A DNA stretch of 64,000 nt from an uncultured bacterium (GCA_903825255.1 CAIJZZ010000030.1:20956-84955); one strand, 5' to 3'. Shown: positions 49,788-59,115, counted from the stretch's first letter. Numbers and translations: made by a program. Notes: a model not told the origin generated them from the sequence alone.

Positions 49788-51521
49788 ATGCAAAGCGAAA
49801 TCAAACAATGCCAGAATTGTAAACAAGACTTTACTATCGAGCCAGAAGATTTTAATTTTTATGAAAAGATAAATGTCCCGGCACCGACCTGGTGTCCGGA
49901 GTGCCGAATGGTAAGGCGAATGCTCTTTAGAAATGAAAGATCTTTATATAAACAGAATTGTGGTCTCTGCGGTAAATCTGCGATTTCAATGTATGATCCA
50001 GAAAAAAATTATATGGTATATTGTCTCGATTGTTACAATTCTGATAAATGGGATCCGAAAGATTGTGGCGTAGATTATGATTTTTCAAAATCATTTTTTA
50101 GTCAACTTGAAGATCTATATAAAAAAATTCCTAGAAAAGTACTTTATCAAGATTTTGCAATTAATAGTGAATATACAAATCAAATTGTTTACATAAAAAA
50201 TAGTTATCTTTGTTTTGGTGGACATCATTACGAAGATTGTGCTTATTGTGCCCAGAATTTCTTTTTAAAAAATTGCTTAGATGTTGATTTTTCTAGTAAA
50301 AGTGAATTTTGTTTTGATTCTTTTCATTTGAGAAATTGTTTTCGAATACGATTCGGATATTATTCAGAAGATTGTATGGATTCTTGGTTTATCTATGATT
50401 GTCGTAATTGTTCTAATTGTGTTGGATGCACTAATTTACGTAATAAAAGTTATTGTATTTTTAATGAGCAATATGAGAAGGGAGAATATGAAAATAAACT
50501 AAAAGAATTAAATTTATCCAATCCTGATAATTTAGAACAAGTGAATAAGACTTTTTGGCAACACTCATTAAATTATCCTCGAAAATATGCCAATATAAAA
50601 AATATTACTAATTCGACGGGGGATGATATGGAACAAGTGAGAAATTGTCGACATTCATTTTCGGTCACTGAAGATGAAAATGTGAATTATTCTTTTTTTG
50701 TGCCGACTGGAGGAAAAGATTGTTTTGATATTGATCATGTGGGATTGGGTACGACAGAAACATATGAATTGCATAGTGGTTTTGGGGATAACAGAGTTTT
50801 CTTTTCCAATCGAGTATATTTTTCACATAGTGTAGAATATTCTGACGATTGCTATAATTGTGAAAATCTTTTTGCTTGCGCAGGATTACGTAAAAAGCAA
50901 TATTGTATCTTTAATAAAGAATATTCTAAAGAAGAATATATTGAATTAGTTTCTAAAATTAAAAAGCAGATGGATGAAATGCCTTATGTAGATTCTAAAG
51001 GTAGAATTTATAAATATGGTGAATTTTTCCCGATAGATATAATGCCTTTTGCTTATAATGATTCAGTTATACATGAATACTTTCCATTAACTAAAGAAGA
51101 AATTTTAAACAAGGGATATAAATATAAAGAACCTGAAATAAAAAATTATAAACCTACAATGTTAGCGCATCAATTACCTGGAATTGAAAAAGCAGATGAG
51201 AACGTCTTAAAAGAAATTATTCAATGTGAGCATATGGGGCATTGTAATGATAAATGCACGATTGCATTTCGAATCATTCAAAATGAATTAAATATCTGTA
51301 AAATGTTGGGAGTTCCATTACCTAGACTTTGTCCAAACTGCCGGCATATGGAAAGAATGAAATTATTAAATCCACCGAAGCTTTATCATAGGGAGTGCAT
51401 GTGTGATAAGACTGGACATATGCATAATGGTAAATGTACTATTGAATTTGAGACACCGTATTCTACAAAAAGACCAGAAATTATTTATTGTGAAAAATGT
51501 TATCAACAAGAGGTGTATTAA
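49788..51521 (+). CDS. Cys-rich multi-zinc-ribbon protein, paralog 7 (array C)
   Basis: MQSEIKQCQNCKQD...CEKCYQQEVY. Confidence 0.85.
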   Translation: MQSEIKQCQNCKQDFTIEPEDFNFYEKINVPAPTWCPECRMVRRMLFRNERSLYKQNCGLCGKSAISMYDPEKNYMVYCLDCYNSDKWDPKDCGVDYDFSKSFFSQLEDLYKKIPRKVLYQDFAINSEYTNQIVYIKNSYLCFGGHHYEDCAYCAQNFFLKNCLDVDFSSKSEFCFDSFHLRNCFRIRFGYYSEDCMDSWFIYDCRNCSNCVGCTNLRNKSYCIFNEQYEKGEYENKLKELNLSNPDNLEQVNKTFWQHSLNYPRKYANIKNITNSTGDDMEQVRNCRHSFSVTEDENVNYSFFVPTGGKDCFDIDHVGLGTTETYELHSGFGDNRVFFSNRVYFSHSVEYSDDCYNCENLFACAGLRKKQYCIFNKEYSKEEYIELVSKIKKQMDEMPYVDSKGRIYKYGEFFPIDIMPFAYNDSVIHEYFPLTKEEILNKGYKYKEPEIKNYKPTMLAHQLPGIEKADENVLKEIIQCEHMGHCNDKCTIAFRIIQNELNICKMLGVPLPRLCPNCRHMERMKLLNPPKLYHRECMCDKTGHMHNGKCTIEFETPYSTKRPEIIYCEKCYQQEVY

Positions 51522-51577
51522 AAATTTAACTAAAACATCGATTTTGAAAAAATAACATTACAGGGTATAATCTTTTT

Positions 51578-52633
51578 ATGCTAGCGAATTTATTAAAAAT
51601 CTTTATACCGACTGTACTTTCTTTTATTATCGGGCTCGCGATTACACCTATTGCCACACATTTTTTCTATAAATACAAGATGTGGAAGAAAGTTTCTAGA
51701 AATATAACTACTGGTTCAGAATTTCAAAAAATTCACAATGAAGCTGAGGAGCTCAAGACTCCAAGAGTGGGGGGAATTATTATTTGGGTTTCAGTTTTAT
51801 TTACAACAGTTATTTTTTATTTAATTTCAATCATTTTACCGAATTCGCCACTCGCTTTAAAAATGAATTTTTTAAGTCGTAATCAAACCCTAATTCCATT
51901 TTTTACTTTATTAGCTGGTTCGCTTATTGGTCTTTGGGATGATCTAATTCAAATTTTCGGTCATGGAAAATTTGCCCACGATGACAAAAAATGGCGCATA
52001 TGGAAATCTTTACTTATCGTTATACTTTCTTTTTTGATAGCCATATGGTTTTTTTACAAGCTAGGTATGAATTCTATTCATATTCCTTTTGGAGGATATT
52101 TAAATTTAGGTATTCTTTTTATTCCTTTTTTTATAATGGTAGCACTTGCGACTTTTTCTGGGGGAGTGATCGATGGGATAGATGGGCTTTCAGGTGGAGT
52201 GCTCGGGGCTATTTTTACTGCTTATGCTGTTATCGCTTTTACAAGTAATCAAATAGACATAGCGACTTTCTCTGGTGTTATTGCTGGAGCCACTCTTGCA
52301 TTTTTATGGTTCAATATTCCGCCTGCGAGATTTTATATGGGAGAGACAGGGATGATGGGTCTTACTTTAACACTAGCAACGATAGCCTTTCTTACTGATT
52401 CAGTTCTCATTTTACCTATTGTGGCATTTCCTTTAGTCATCAGTTCAGCTTCAGTTATTTTACAACTTTTATCTAAAAAATGGAGAGGTGGTAAAAAAAT
52501 ATTTAAACTTTCTCCAATTCATCATCATTTTGAAGCACTTGGTTGGCCTTCTTATAAAGTCACAATGCGTTTTTGGGTTTTATCGATTATGTTCGCTATT
52601 ATTGGAATAATTTTGGCAGTTATTAGTCATTAG
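51578..52633 (+). CDS. mraY: Phospho-N-acetylmuramoyl-pentapeptide transferase
   Basis: TPRVGG, G.WDD, DGIDGL, FLWFN..PA..YMG..G, PIHHHFE. Confidence 0.92.
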   Translation: MLANLLKIFIPTVLSFIIGLAITPIATHFFYKYKMWKKVSRNITTGSEFQKIHNEAEELKTPRVGGIIIWVSVLFTTVIFYLISIILPNSPLALKMNFLSRNQTLIPFFTLLAGSLIGLWDDLIQIFGHGKFAHDDKKWRIWKSLLIVILSFLIAIWFFYKLGMNSIHIPFGGYLNLGILFIPFFIMVALATFSGGVIDGIDGLSGGVLGAIFTAYAVIAFTSNQIDIATFSGVIAGATLAFLWFNIPPARFYMGETGMMGLTLTLATIAFLTDSVLILPIVAFPLVISSASVILQLLSKKWRGGKKIFKLSPIHHHFEALGWPSYKVTMRFWVLSIMFAIIGIILAVISH

Positions 52634-52644
52634 TAAAAAATAAA

Positions 52645-53751
52645 TTGAAAGAAAAAAAAGTAGATAAATTTTTTTTAATTACAGTATTCTTACTTATTAT
52701 TATAGGGATAGGGATGTTTGTATCTGCCTCTCTTGGAATTTTAAATAAAAATGAAAAAACTTTTTATTCTGTACTTTTTAGTCAATTAATTCTTGGCTTT
52801 GGTTTTGGTTTAGTTGGTATGTATTTTTGTTTTAGAATTAATTATAAATTTTGGCGTAAAACTTCTTTTTATATATTTTTAGCTAGTATTATTTTAACAG
52901 CTGCCGTTTTCATTCCACAATTAGGATGGAGTCACGGGGGAGCAGAAAGATGGATTAAATTAGGTCCACTCGGTACATTTCAACCAGTAGAATTTTTAAA
53001 ATTTGGTTTTATTATATATTTTGCAGCTTGGCTTTCTTGGGCGAAAAAAAGAGTTCAAGGTTTTAAATTTGGTATTTTACCGTTTTGTATAATGCTTACG
53101 GTTATTGCTTTTATTTTATTAAAACAACCAGACACAAAAAGTTTTATATTAATTACAATTACTGGTATTTCTATGCTTTTTATTTCCGGAGTTCCATTAA
53201 AATACCTAATAGGTATTATTTTAGGTGCCGTAATAATTTTTAGCTCATTAGTAGCTTTTACACCATATTTGCAAAAAAGGGTAGAAACCTTTATTGATCC
53301 ATCTGCAAATGCTCAGGGCTCATCATATCAAATACAGCAATCTCTTATTGCTATCGGCTCAGGTGGAGTGTTTGGTAGAGGTTATGGACAAAGTATTCAG
53401 AAATTTAGCTATTTACCAGAACCACAAGGAGATTCTATTTTTGCTGTTATTGGTGAAGAGTTAGGATTTGCTGGTTCTGTTTCAATTATTATTCTTTATG
53501 TGCTTTTTGCATTGAGAGGATTACGAATTGCCAATCATTCACCAGATTTATTTAGTAGACTTTTGGTTTCTGGAATTGTTATAATGATTACAGCTCAATC
53601 GTTTATGAATATTGCTTCGATTACCGGAGTTTTTCCTTTGACCGGAGTTCCACTGGTCTTTATGAGCCACGGTGGCACATCGCTCATGATTTATTTAATG
53701 GCGATGGGTGTTGTGCTTCAGATATCTAAATTTCAACAAAAAAATAATTAA
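52645..53751 (+). CDS. ftsW: SEDS peptidoglycan glycosyltransferase FtsW
   Basis: GAERWI, FQPVEF.K, YLPE...DSIFAVIGEELG, P.TGVPL..MS.GGTS; located between mraY and murG. Confidence 0.92.
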   Translation: MKEKKVDKFFLITVFLLIIIGIGMFVSASLGILNKNEKTFYSVLFSQLILGFGFGLVGMYFCFRINYKFWRKTSFYIFLASIILTAAVFIPQLGWSHGGAERWIKLGPLGTFQPVEFLKFGFIIYFAAWLSWAKKRVQGFKFGILPFCIMLTVIAFILLKQPDTKSFILITITGISMLFISGVPLKYLIGIILGAVIIFSSLVAFTPYLQKRVETFIDPSANAQGSSYQIQQSLIAIGSGGVFGRGYGQSIQKFSYLPEPQGDSIFAVIGEELGFAGSVSIIILYVLFALRGLRIANHSPDLFSRLLVSGIVIMITAQSFMNIASITGVFPLTGVPLVFMSHGGTSLMIYLMAMGVVLQISKFQQKNN

Positions 53752-53760
53752 TTTAAATTT

Positions 53761-54891
53761 ATGAAAATAGTATTTACAGGTGGAGGAACAGGCGGACATT
53801 TTTATCCTATAATCGCTGTTGCCCAAAAAGTTAATAAAATTATCATTGAGGAAAAAATAGTTGGAGTAAAACTATATTATATTTCTGATAACCCTTATGA
53901 TAAACAGGCTCTTTTTGAAAATAATCTTTCATTTGAGCAAGTAAATGCTGGAAAAATGCGTACATATTTTTCTATTAAGAATTTTTTTGATATTTTTAAA
54001 ATGTTTTTTGGAGTAATTGGTGCTATCATAAAACTTTTTTCAATATATCCAGATGTAGTTTTTGGTAAAGGTGGATACGCCAGCTTTCCGACTCTTTTTG
54101 CTGCTAGAATTTTAAATATTCCTGTTTTTATTCACGAATCAGATTCAGCTCCAGGTAGAGTAAATAAATGGGCAGGACATTTTGCTAAAAGAATCGCAGT
54201 TTCTTTTGAAGAAGCCGGTGAATTTTTTCCATCTAAAAATATTGCTTGGACTGGCCAACCTATTAGAAGTGAGATTGAACATCCCGCTCCGCACGATAAA
54301 GCACTAGAATATTTTAAATTAGAATCAAGTTTGCCAACTATTTTTGTAATAGGTGGGTCACAAGGAGCAGAACTGATTAATAATACAGTGCTTGATGCTT
54401 TACCTAGACTTTTAGAAAAATATCAAGTTATTCACCAAACAGGAGTAAGAAATTTTAAAATAGTTAATGGAAGAGCTGAAGTAATTTTAGTTGATAATAA
54501 AAATAAATCAAGATATATACCTATTGATTTTCTAAATCCCTTACAAGTAAAAATGGCTGCAGGAGCAGCTACGATGGTTATTTCTAGAGCCGGTTCAACT
54601 TTGTTTGAAATAGCTTCCTGGGGACTACCTTCAATTTTAGTGCCTTTTAAAGAGTCGAATGCAGATCATTCACAAAAAAATGCTTTCAATTATGCTCGAG
54701 CCGGTGCTTGTAGTGTTATCGAGGAAGAGAATATGAAAGCTAATATTTTAATTTCTGAAATCGAAAAAATTATCGAAAATAAAAAAAATCTAGAACATAT
54801 GTCAAAATGTGCAGAAATTTTTAGTAAGCCTGATGCGGCTACAAAAATAGCTCGAGAATTGATAAATATGGCTCTAAGCCATGAAAAATAA
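53761..54891 (+). CDS. murG: MurG glycosyltransferase
   Basis: GGGTGGH, GGYAS, HESD, GGSQG, SRAG, Q..NA. Confidence 0.96.
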   Translation: MKIVFTGGGTGGHFYPIIAVAQKVNKIIIEEKIVGVKLYYISDNPYDKQALFENNLSFEQVNAGKMRTYFSIKNFFDIFKMFFGVIGAIIKLFSIYPDVVFGKGGYASFPTLFAARILNIPVFIHESDSAPGRVNKWAGHFAKRIAVSFEEAGEFFPSKNIAWTGQPIRSEIEHPAPHDKALEYFKLESSLPTIFVIGGSQGAELINNTVLDALPRLLEKYQVIHQTGVRNFKIVNGRAEVILVDNKNKSRYIPIDFLNPLQVKMAAGAATMVISRAGSTLFEIASWGLPSILVPFKESNADHSQKNAFNYARAGACSVIEEENMKANILISEIEKIIENKKNLEHMSKCAEIFSKPDAATKIARELINMALSHEK

Positions 54892-55080
54892 AAAACAAGA
54901 ATAATTTTATTTTATGGGTTTGTAATAATATTTGACTTATTTTTATATATATGCTATTCTAAAACTAGAAAATATAGTGTAAGTAAAATTTTTGGAGTCT
55001 TCTGATTTCTAAAATTTTTTTATTTTATAAAAATATGTTATACTGTATTTAATTAGTACTTTGAAAAATATTATATTTAT

Positions 55081-55180
55081 TTTTTGCCCTTTATTGCCGA
55101 GTCTGTTAAAAATTAATTTTTAATTGGTTTAGCAATAAAGGGAAAACGCGGATGCCGAAAAGCGAACAGAGTAGGCAAAA
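55081..55180 (+). ncRNA. Candidate structured RNA leader or ncRNA
   Basis: CCCTTTATTGC (55087-97) pairs with GCAATAAAGGG (55132-42); second stem TGCC-GAA...AGTA-GGCA has a loop-E/bulged-G signature. Confidence 0.45.
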
Positions 55181-55197
55181 TCTTAAATTAATTAAAC

Positions 55198-55530
55198 ATG
55201 AGTAAAAAAATGATTGCCGGAATTGCGCTTTGGGCATTTTCTGTTTTGGTTTCTTGTAGTAGTAATGTTAAACAACATGAGTTTGATGTTGTTAAATTTA
55301 GGAGAATTGATACCGGCACTATGGATAGTGCTAAGATTAATCCTCCCGAAGCGAGAATTAAAATTGATTCAGGAAGGCCCATTCAACCAATTCAAACAAG
55401 TATTTTTGGTTTAGTTGCTAGTGTTGTTTTTGACGGTAAGGATCATAGAAATGATCCTGAAATTTCTTCTACATTAGGTGGAATTATTGAAAAACAAAAA
55501 ATTGACGCAATAGCTGTTGAAAAACGGTAA
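55198..55530 (+). CDS. Putative lipoprotein
   Basis: MSKK, then a hydrophobic stretch, then the LVS-C lipobox. Confidence 0.6.
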   Translation: MSKKMIAGIALWAFSVLVSCSSNVKQHEFDVVKFRRIDTGTMDSAKINPPEARIKIDSGRPIQPIQTSIFGLVASVVFDGKDHRNDPEISSTLGGIIEKQKIDAIAVEKR

Positions 55531-55556
55531 GTTTTTTTAATTTAATTGGTAACCTT

Positions 55557-55591
55557 ATCCCGGACACAAATTGTGTTCCGGGATTTTTTTT
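55557..55591 (+). terminator. Intrinsic terminator
   Basis: ATCCCGGACACAA-A-TTGTGTTCCGGGAT followed by a T-run. Confidence 0.8.
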
Positions 55592-55619
55592 ATTTATAAA
55601 AAAATGTTAGAATTAAAAG

Positions 55620-57035
55620 ATGCAACAAAAAGTAGTCACAAGATTTGCCCCTTCACCAACTGGTTTTATGCACGTTGGTGGTGTTCGTACTGCTTTATAT
55701 GCATATTTATGGGCTAAAAAGAACCTAGGTTCTTTTATTTTAAGAATTGAGGATACAGATAAAGAAAGAGAAGTTGAAGGTTCAATAGAGCATATTCTTG
55801 AATCATTAAAATGGCTAAATATTAATTGGGATGAGGGCCCAGGAATCGGAGGCCTAAATGCGCCTTATCTTCAATCAGAAAGATTAAATTTATATAAAAA
55901 ATATGCCCAAATTTTAATAGATAAAGGATTGGCCTATCCAGATCCATATACTGAAAAAGAATTAGAAGAATTTCGTAATAAAGCAGAAGTAGATAAAAAA
56001 CCATTTTTATTTAGAGAACACCGCCCGGAAAAATTTGATATATGGGATGGAACGAAACCACTTCGTTTTAAAACGCCTGAAATAAAAAGTTATCATTGGC
56101 ATGACTTAGTGTATGGAGATTTATCTGCAGGACCAGAAGCACTAGATGACTTTATTTTAATTAAGAGTGATGGATATCCGACATATAATTTTGCTCATAT
56201 TGTCGATGACATAGAAATGGGAGTGACCTATATCATGCGTGGACAAGAGTTCATTTCTTCAACTCCAAAATTCTTATCTGTTTATGAAGCATTAGATATT
56301 AAACCGCCATTATTTGTGACCTTACCACCAATCATGGGAGACGATGGAAAGAAAAAACTAGGAAAAAGAGATGGGGCAAAAGATGTTTTAGAATATAAAA
56401 AAGAAGGATATTTACCTGAAGCTATGATAAATTTCTTAGCTCTTTTGGGTTGGAACCCTGGAAATGATCAGGAAATTTTCACTATCGATGAATTAATGAG
56501 TGCTTTTGATCTTTCTCGTATTGGGCATTCTGGGGCTCAAATGAATCTGGAAAAATTAGATTGGATTAATAAAGAACATATAAAAAAATTAGGAATAAAA
56601 GAATTAGAAAAAAATATTTTTGAATGGTTACCGGAAAATTTAAAAATTTCTAAAATTATACCTATTCTTACTGAAAGAATTTCAAAATTTGGAGACATAA
56701 AAGAAATGGTTGAAAAAGGAGAATTAGATTTCTTTTACAAACAACCGGAATATAAAAAAGAAAAATTAATTTTTAAAAATGTTTCAGCTGAAAAAATTTC
56801 AGAAAATATTACTAAAGCAATAAATACTTTAAAAGAAATACCAGAAAATAATTTTAATCAAGAAAATATTAAAAATACTTTAATGCAAATAGCTGATACG
56901 CTAGAAAGTAGGGGAGAAATCCTACATCCAATACGATATGCTCTTTCAGGTCTTGACAAATCACCAGACCCTTTCATAATAGCAGAAATTTTAGGTAAAA
57001 ATGAAACCTTATTACGTTTACAGAAAGCAATTTAA
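55620..57035 (+). CDS. gltX: Glutamate--tRNA ligase
   Basis: RFAPSPTG.MHVGG, LRIEDTD, KKLGKR. Confidence 0.96.
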   Translation: MQQKVVTRFAPSPTGFMHVGGVRTALYAYLWAKKNLGSFILRIEDTDKEREVEGSIEHILESLKWLNINWDEGPGIGGLNAPYLQSERLNLYKKYAQILIDKGLAYPDPYTEKELEEFRNKAEVDKKPFLFREHRPEKFDIWDGTKPLRFKTPEIKSYHWHDLVYGDLSAGPEALDDFILIKSDGYPTYNFAHIVDDIEMGVTYIMRGQEFISSTPKFLSVYEALDIKPPLFVTLPPIMGDDGKKKLGKRDGAKDVLEYKKEGYLPEAMINFLALLGWNPGNDQEIFTIDELMSAFDLSRIGHSGAQMNLEKLDWINKEHIKKLGIKELEKNIFEWLPENLKISKIIPILTERISKFGDIKEMVEKGELDFFYKQPEYKKEKLIFKNVSAEKISENITKAINTLKEIPENNFNQENIKNTLMQIADTLESRGEILHPIRYALSGLDKSPDPFIIAEILGKNETLLRLQKAI

Positions 57036-58290
57036 TATATTTTTTTTAGGAATTTTATTATTTATTCCTTTTGCTTTTTCTTATGCACAAACAGCGACAG
57101 ATTTACAAAGTAAAATTAGCCAAAGAAATATTGATATAAATAAACTCGAACAAGAAATTGCTCAATATCAAAATCAATTAAATAATTTAGGTAAGCAAAA
57201 AAGTTCTTTAAATGTATCACTTAGTCAACTTGATTTGACTAGAAAAAAATTAGTGGCTGATATTGCTGTAACTCAAAATAAAATTGAAAAAACTAATTTA
57301 ACTATCCAAGGTTTGAGTTCTCAAATAAATACTAAACAAAAATCAATTTATAATAATGCAGAAGTTATACAATTAGGTATTAGAGAAATAAATGAACTAG
57401 AACTCGGTTCTCTAACTGAAACTCTCTTATCAGAAAATAAATTTTCAGACATTTGGAATGACATTGATAATATTAGTACCCTTAGGAATAAAATAAATAT
57501 ACAGATAGGGGAATTAAAACAAGCTAAAAGTAGCCTAGAAAGTACTAAGAAACAAACGACTATAGCTCGAAGTGAATTAATAGCGCTTCAATCAGAATTA
57601 GCTGATCAGAAAAAAATTGTTGACCAAAATACAGCAGAAAAGAAAAAACTTTTAGCTCAAACAAAAAATAACGAATCAAATTATCAAAAATTATTAAAAG
57701 ATCGACAAGCGAAAAAGGATGCTTTTGAAAACGAATTACGTAATTATGAATCTCAATTAAAATTTATTATAGATCCTTCTAAACTCCCAGGCGGTGGAGT
57801 ATTGAGTTGGCCACTTGATAATATTTACATTACTCAATTATTTGGCAAAACTGAGGCTGGGAAGCGTTTATATGCTAATGGAACGCACAATGGTGTCGAT
57901 TTTAGAGCTTCGATTGGCACACCGGTTATGGCTATGGCTGATGGTATTGTGTTAGGTACTGGTGATACGGATTTAACATGTTCTGGTGCTTCATTTGGAA
58001 AATTTGTATTTATACAATACAATAATGGTCTTTCGAGTACCTATGGTCATTTTTCACTGATAAAAGTATTTAAAGGACAAAAAGTATCAAGGGGTGAAAT
58101 TGTAGGCTATTCTGGTAATACAGGCTATTCTACTGGTCCACATCTTCATGTCTCAGTATATGTATCTCAGGCTGTAAAAATGGAATCTAGACCAAGCCAG
58201 GCTTGCGGTGGACATACTTATACTATGCCTATAGCTCCGATAAATGCATATTTAGACCCAATGTACTATTTACCACCTTACCAAAAATAA
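57001..58290 (+). CDS. Coiled-coil M23 peptidase (EnvC/CwlO-like)
   Basis: Signal peptide, long coiled coil, HNGVD, YGH, STGPHLH. Confidence 0.9.
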   Translation: MKPYYVYRKQFNIFFLGILLFIPFAFSYAQTATDLQSKISQRNIDINKLEQEIAQYQNQLNNLGKQKSSLNVSLSQLDLTRKKLVADIAVTQNKIEKTNLTIQGLSSQINTKQKSIYNNAEVIQLGIREINELELGSLTETLLSENKFSDIWNDIDNISTLRNKINIQIGELKQAKSSLESTKKQTTIARSELIALQSELADQKKIVDQNTAEKKKLLAQTKNNESNYQKLLKDRQAKKDAFENELRNYESQLKFIIDPSKLPGGGVLSWPLDNIYITQLFGKTEAGKRLYANGTHNGVDFRASIGTPVMAMADGIVLGTGDTDLTCSGASFGKFVFIQYNNGLSSTYGHFSLIKVFKGQKVSRGEIVGYSGNTGYSTGPHLHVSVYVSQAVKMESRPSQACGGHTYTMPIAPINAYLDPMYYLPPYQK

Positions 58291-58314
58291 TATTTATGCT
58301 AAAATATAAGATAT

Positions 58315-58518
58315 ATGAATAACTATACAAAAAGTAAAAAGAGCGGTTTTTTGCAAATAATAATTTTAATTATTATTGCTTTAGTAATAATGAGATATTT
58401 AGGAATTACTTTTAGCGGGGTAGTTGATTGGCTCGCAAATTTATTAAAATATTTTGGTTTAACTTTTAGTGGAATATTTAATTGGTTTATAGATCTATTT
58501 AAAAGTGTGGCTAAATAG
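58315..58518 (+). CDS. Small membrane protein
   Basis: KKSGF followed by a hydrophobic helix; repeated LGITFSG/FGLTFSG. Confidence 0.6.
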   Translation: MNNYTKSKKSGFLQIIILIIIALVIMRYLGITFSGVVDWLANLLKYFGLTFSGIFNWFIDLFKSVAK

Positions 58519-58557
58519 GCTTTATTAGGTTTTACTATTAGTAATATACTAAGTTAC

Positions 58558-58658
58558 TATGTCGGAGAAGCGATTATGCGACATTATTACTAATGTGCGC
58601 ATAATCGCGCCATGTTTCCGGTAGCATACCCTACCGGAAACATATATTGTGCGACGTA
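58558..58658. other. Multi-hairpin intergenic element with dif-like half-sites
   Basis: Hairpins 58570-58608 and 58612-58643 enclosed by TATGTCG/CGACGTA; TGTGCGCATAAT at 58594-58605. Confidence 0.5.
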
Positions 58659-58713
58659 CTATCAAATCATATATACTTTGTTTTTAGCCACTTCCCTTTA
58701 AAAATATGGTTGA

Positions 58714-59115
58714 TTATTTACAACCGCTAGATAATGAGTATCCAGCAGTTTCTGCTTGAGCAGCTGAAGAAAAATAAACTCTATTTTCTTGTTTGATTGT
58801 TTTTCCAGCAGAACAACTTATTGAATAATATTTATGACCCATTTTTGAGGCAAAATAGCTTCCCTCGGTATTTACTTGGTTTTTACCTAAAAAAGGCTGT
58901 TTTAGGCTATTTTGAGAGTTTAATTGGCTTATAGCGTTTAGAGCGTTGGCTTCTTGATTAGTTTGATCAGGATATTCTATCTTTATACCAGATTTTAAGT
59001 CACTCTTTGAGAGTCTGCCTAATTCAAAAGAAATCAATCCGACCAAGATGACAATGATTATGATTAAAATATCTTTTCCCTGTTCGCTCCCTATAAATGA
59101 CTTGATTTTTTCCAT
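58714..59115 (-). CDS. Membrane-anchored protein with a C-terminal Ada-metal-binding-like domain
   Basis: TM helix; ASK.GHKYY..SC...IK.ENRVYF.S...AE.AGY.....C. Confidence 0.7.
   Translation of the reverse strand: MEKIKSFIGSEQGKDILIIIIVILVGLISFELGRLSKSDLKSGIKIEYPDQTNQEANALNAISQLNSQNSLKQPFLGKNQVNTEGSYFASKMGHKYYSISCSAGKTIKQENRVYFSSAAQAETAGYSLSSGCK

Noticed and set aside
10056-51521. Diversity-generating retroelement acting on the paralogs
   Set aside because: No reverse transcriptase and no near-identical TR/VR pair with adenine-specific mismatches were seen; divergence is spread along the genes.
55130-55180. Lysine riboswitch (AAAGGG...GCCGAA, AGTA)
   Set aside because: The motif order is wrong, the 5' AGAGG is missing, and the region is too short.
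58612-58643. parS site (TGTTTC...GAAACA ends)
   Set aside because: parS is a contiguous 16-bp palindrome; here the halves are separated by 14 extra nt.
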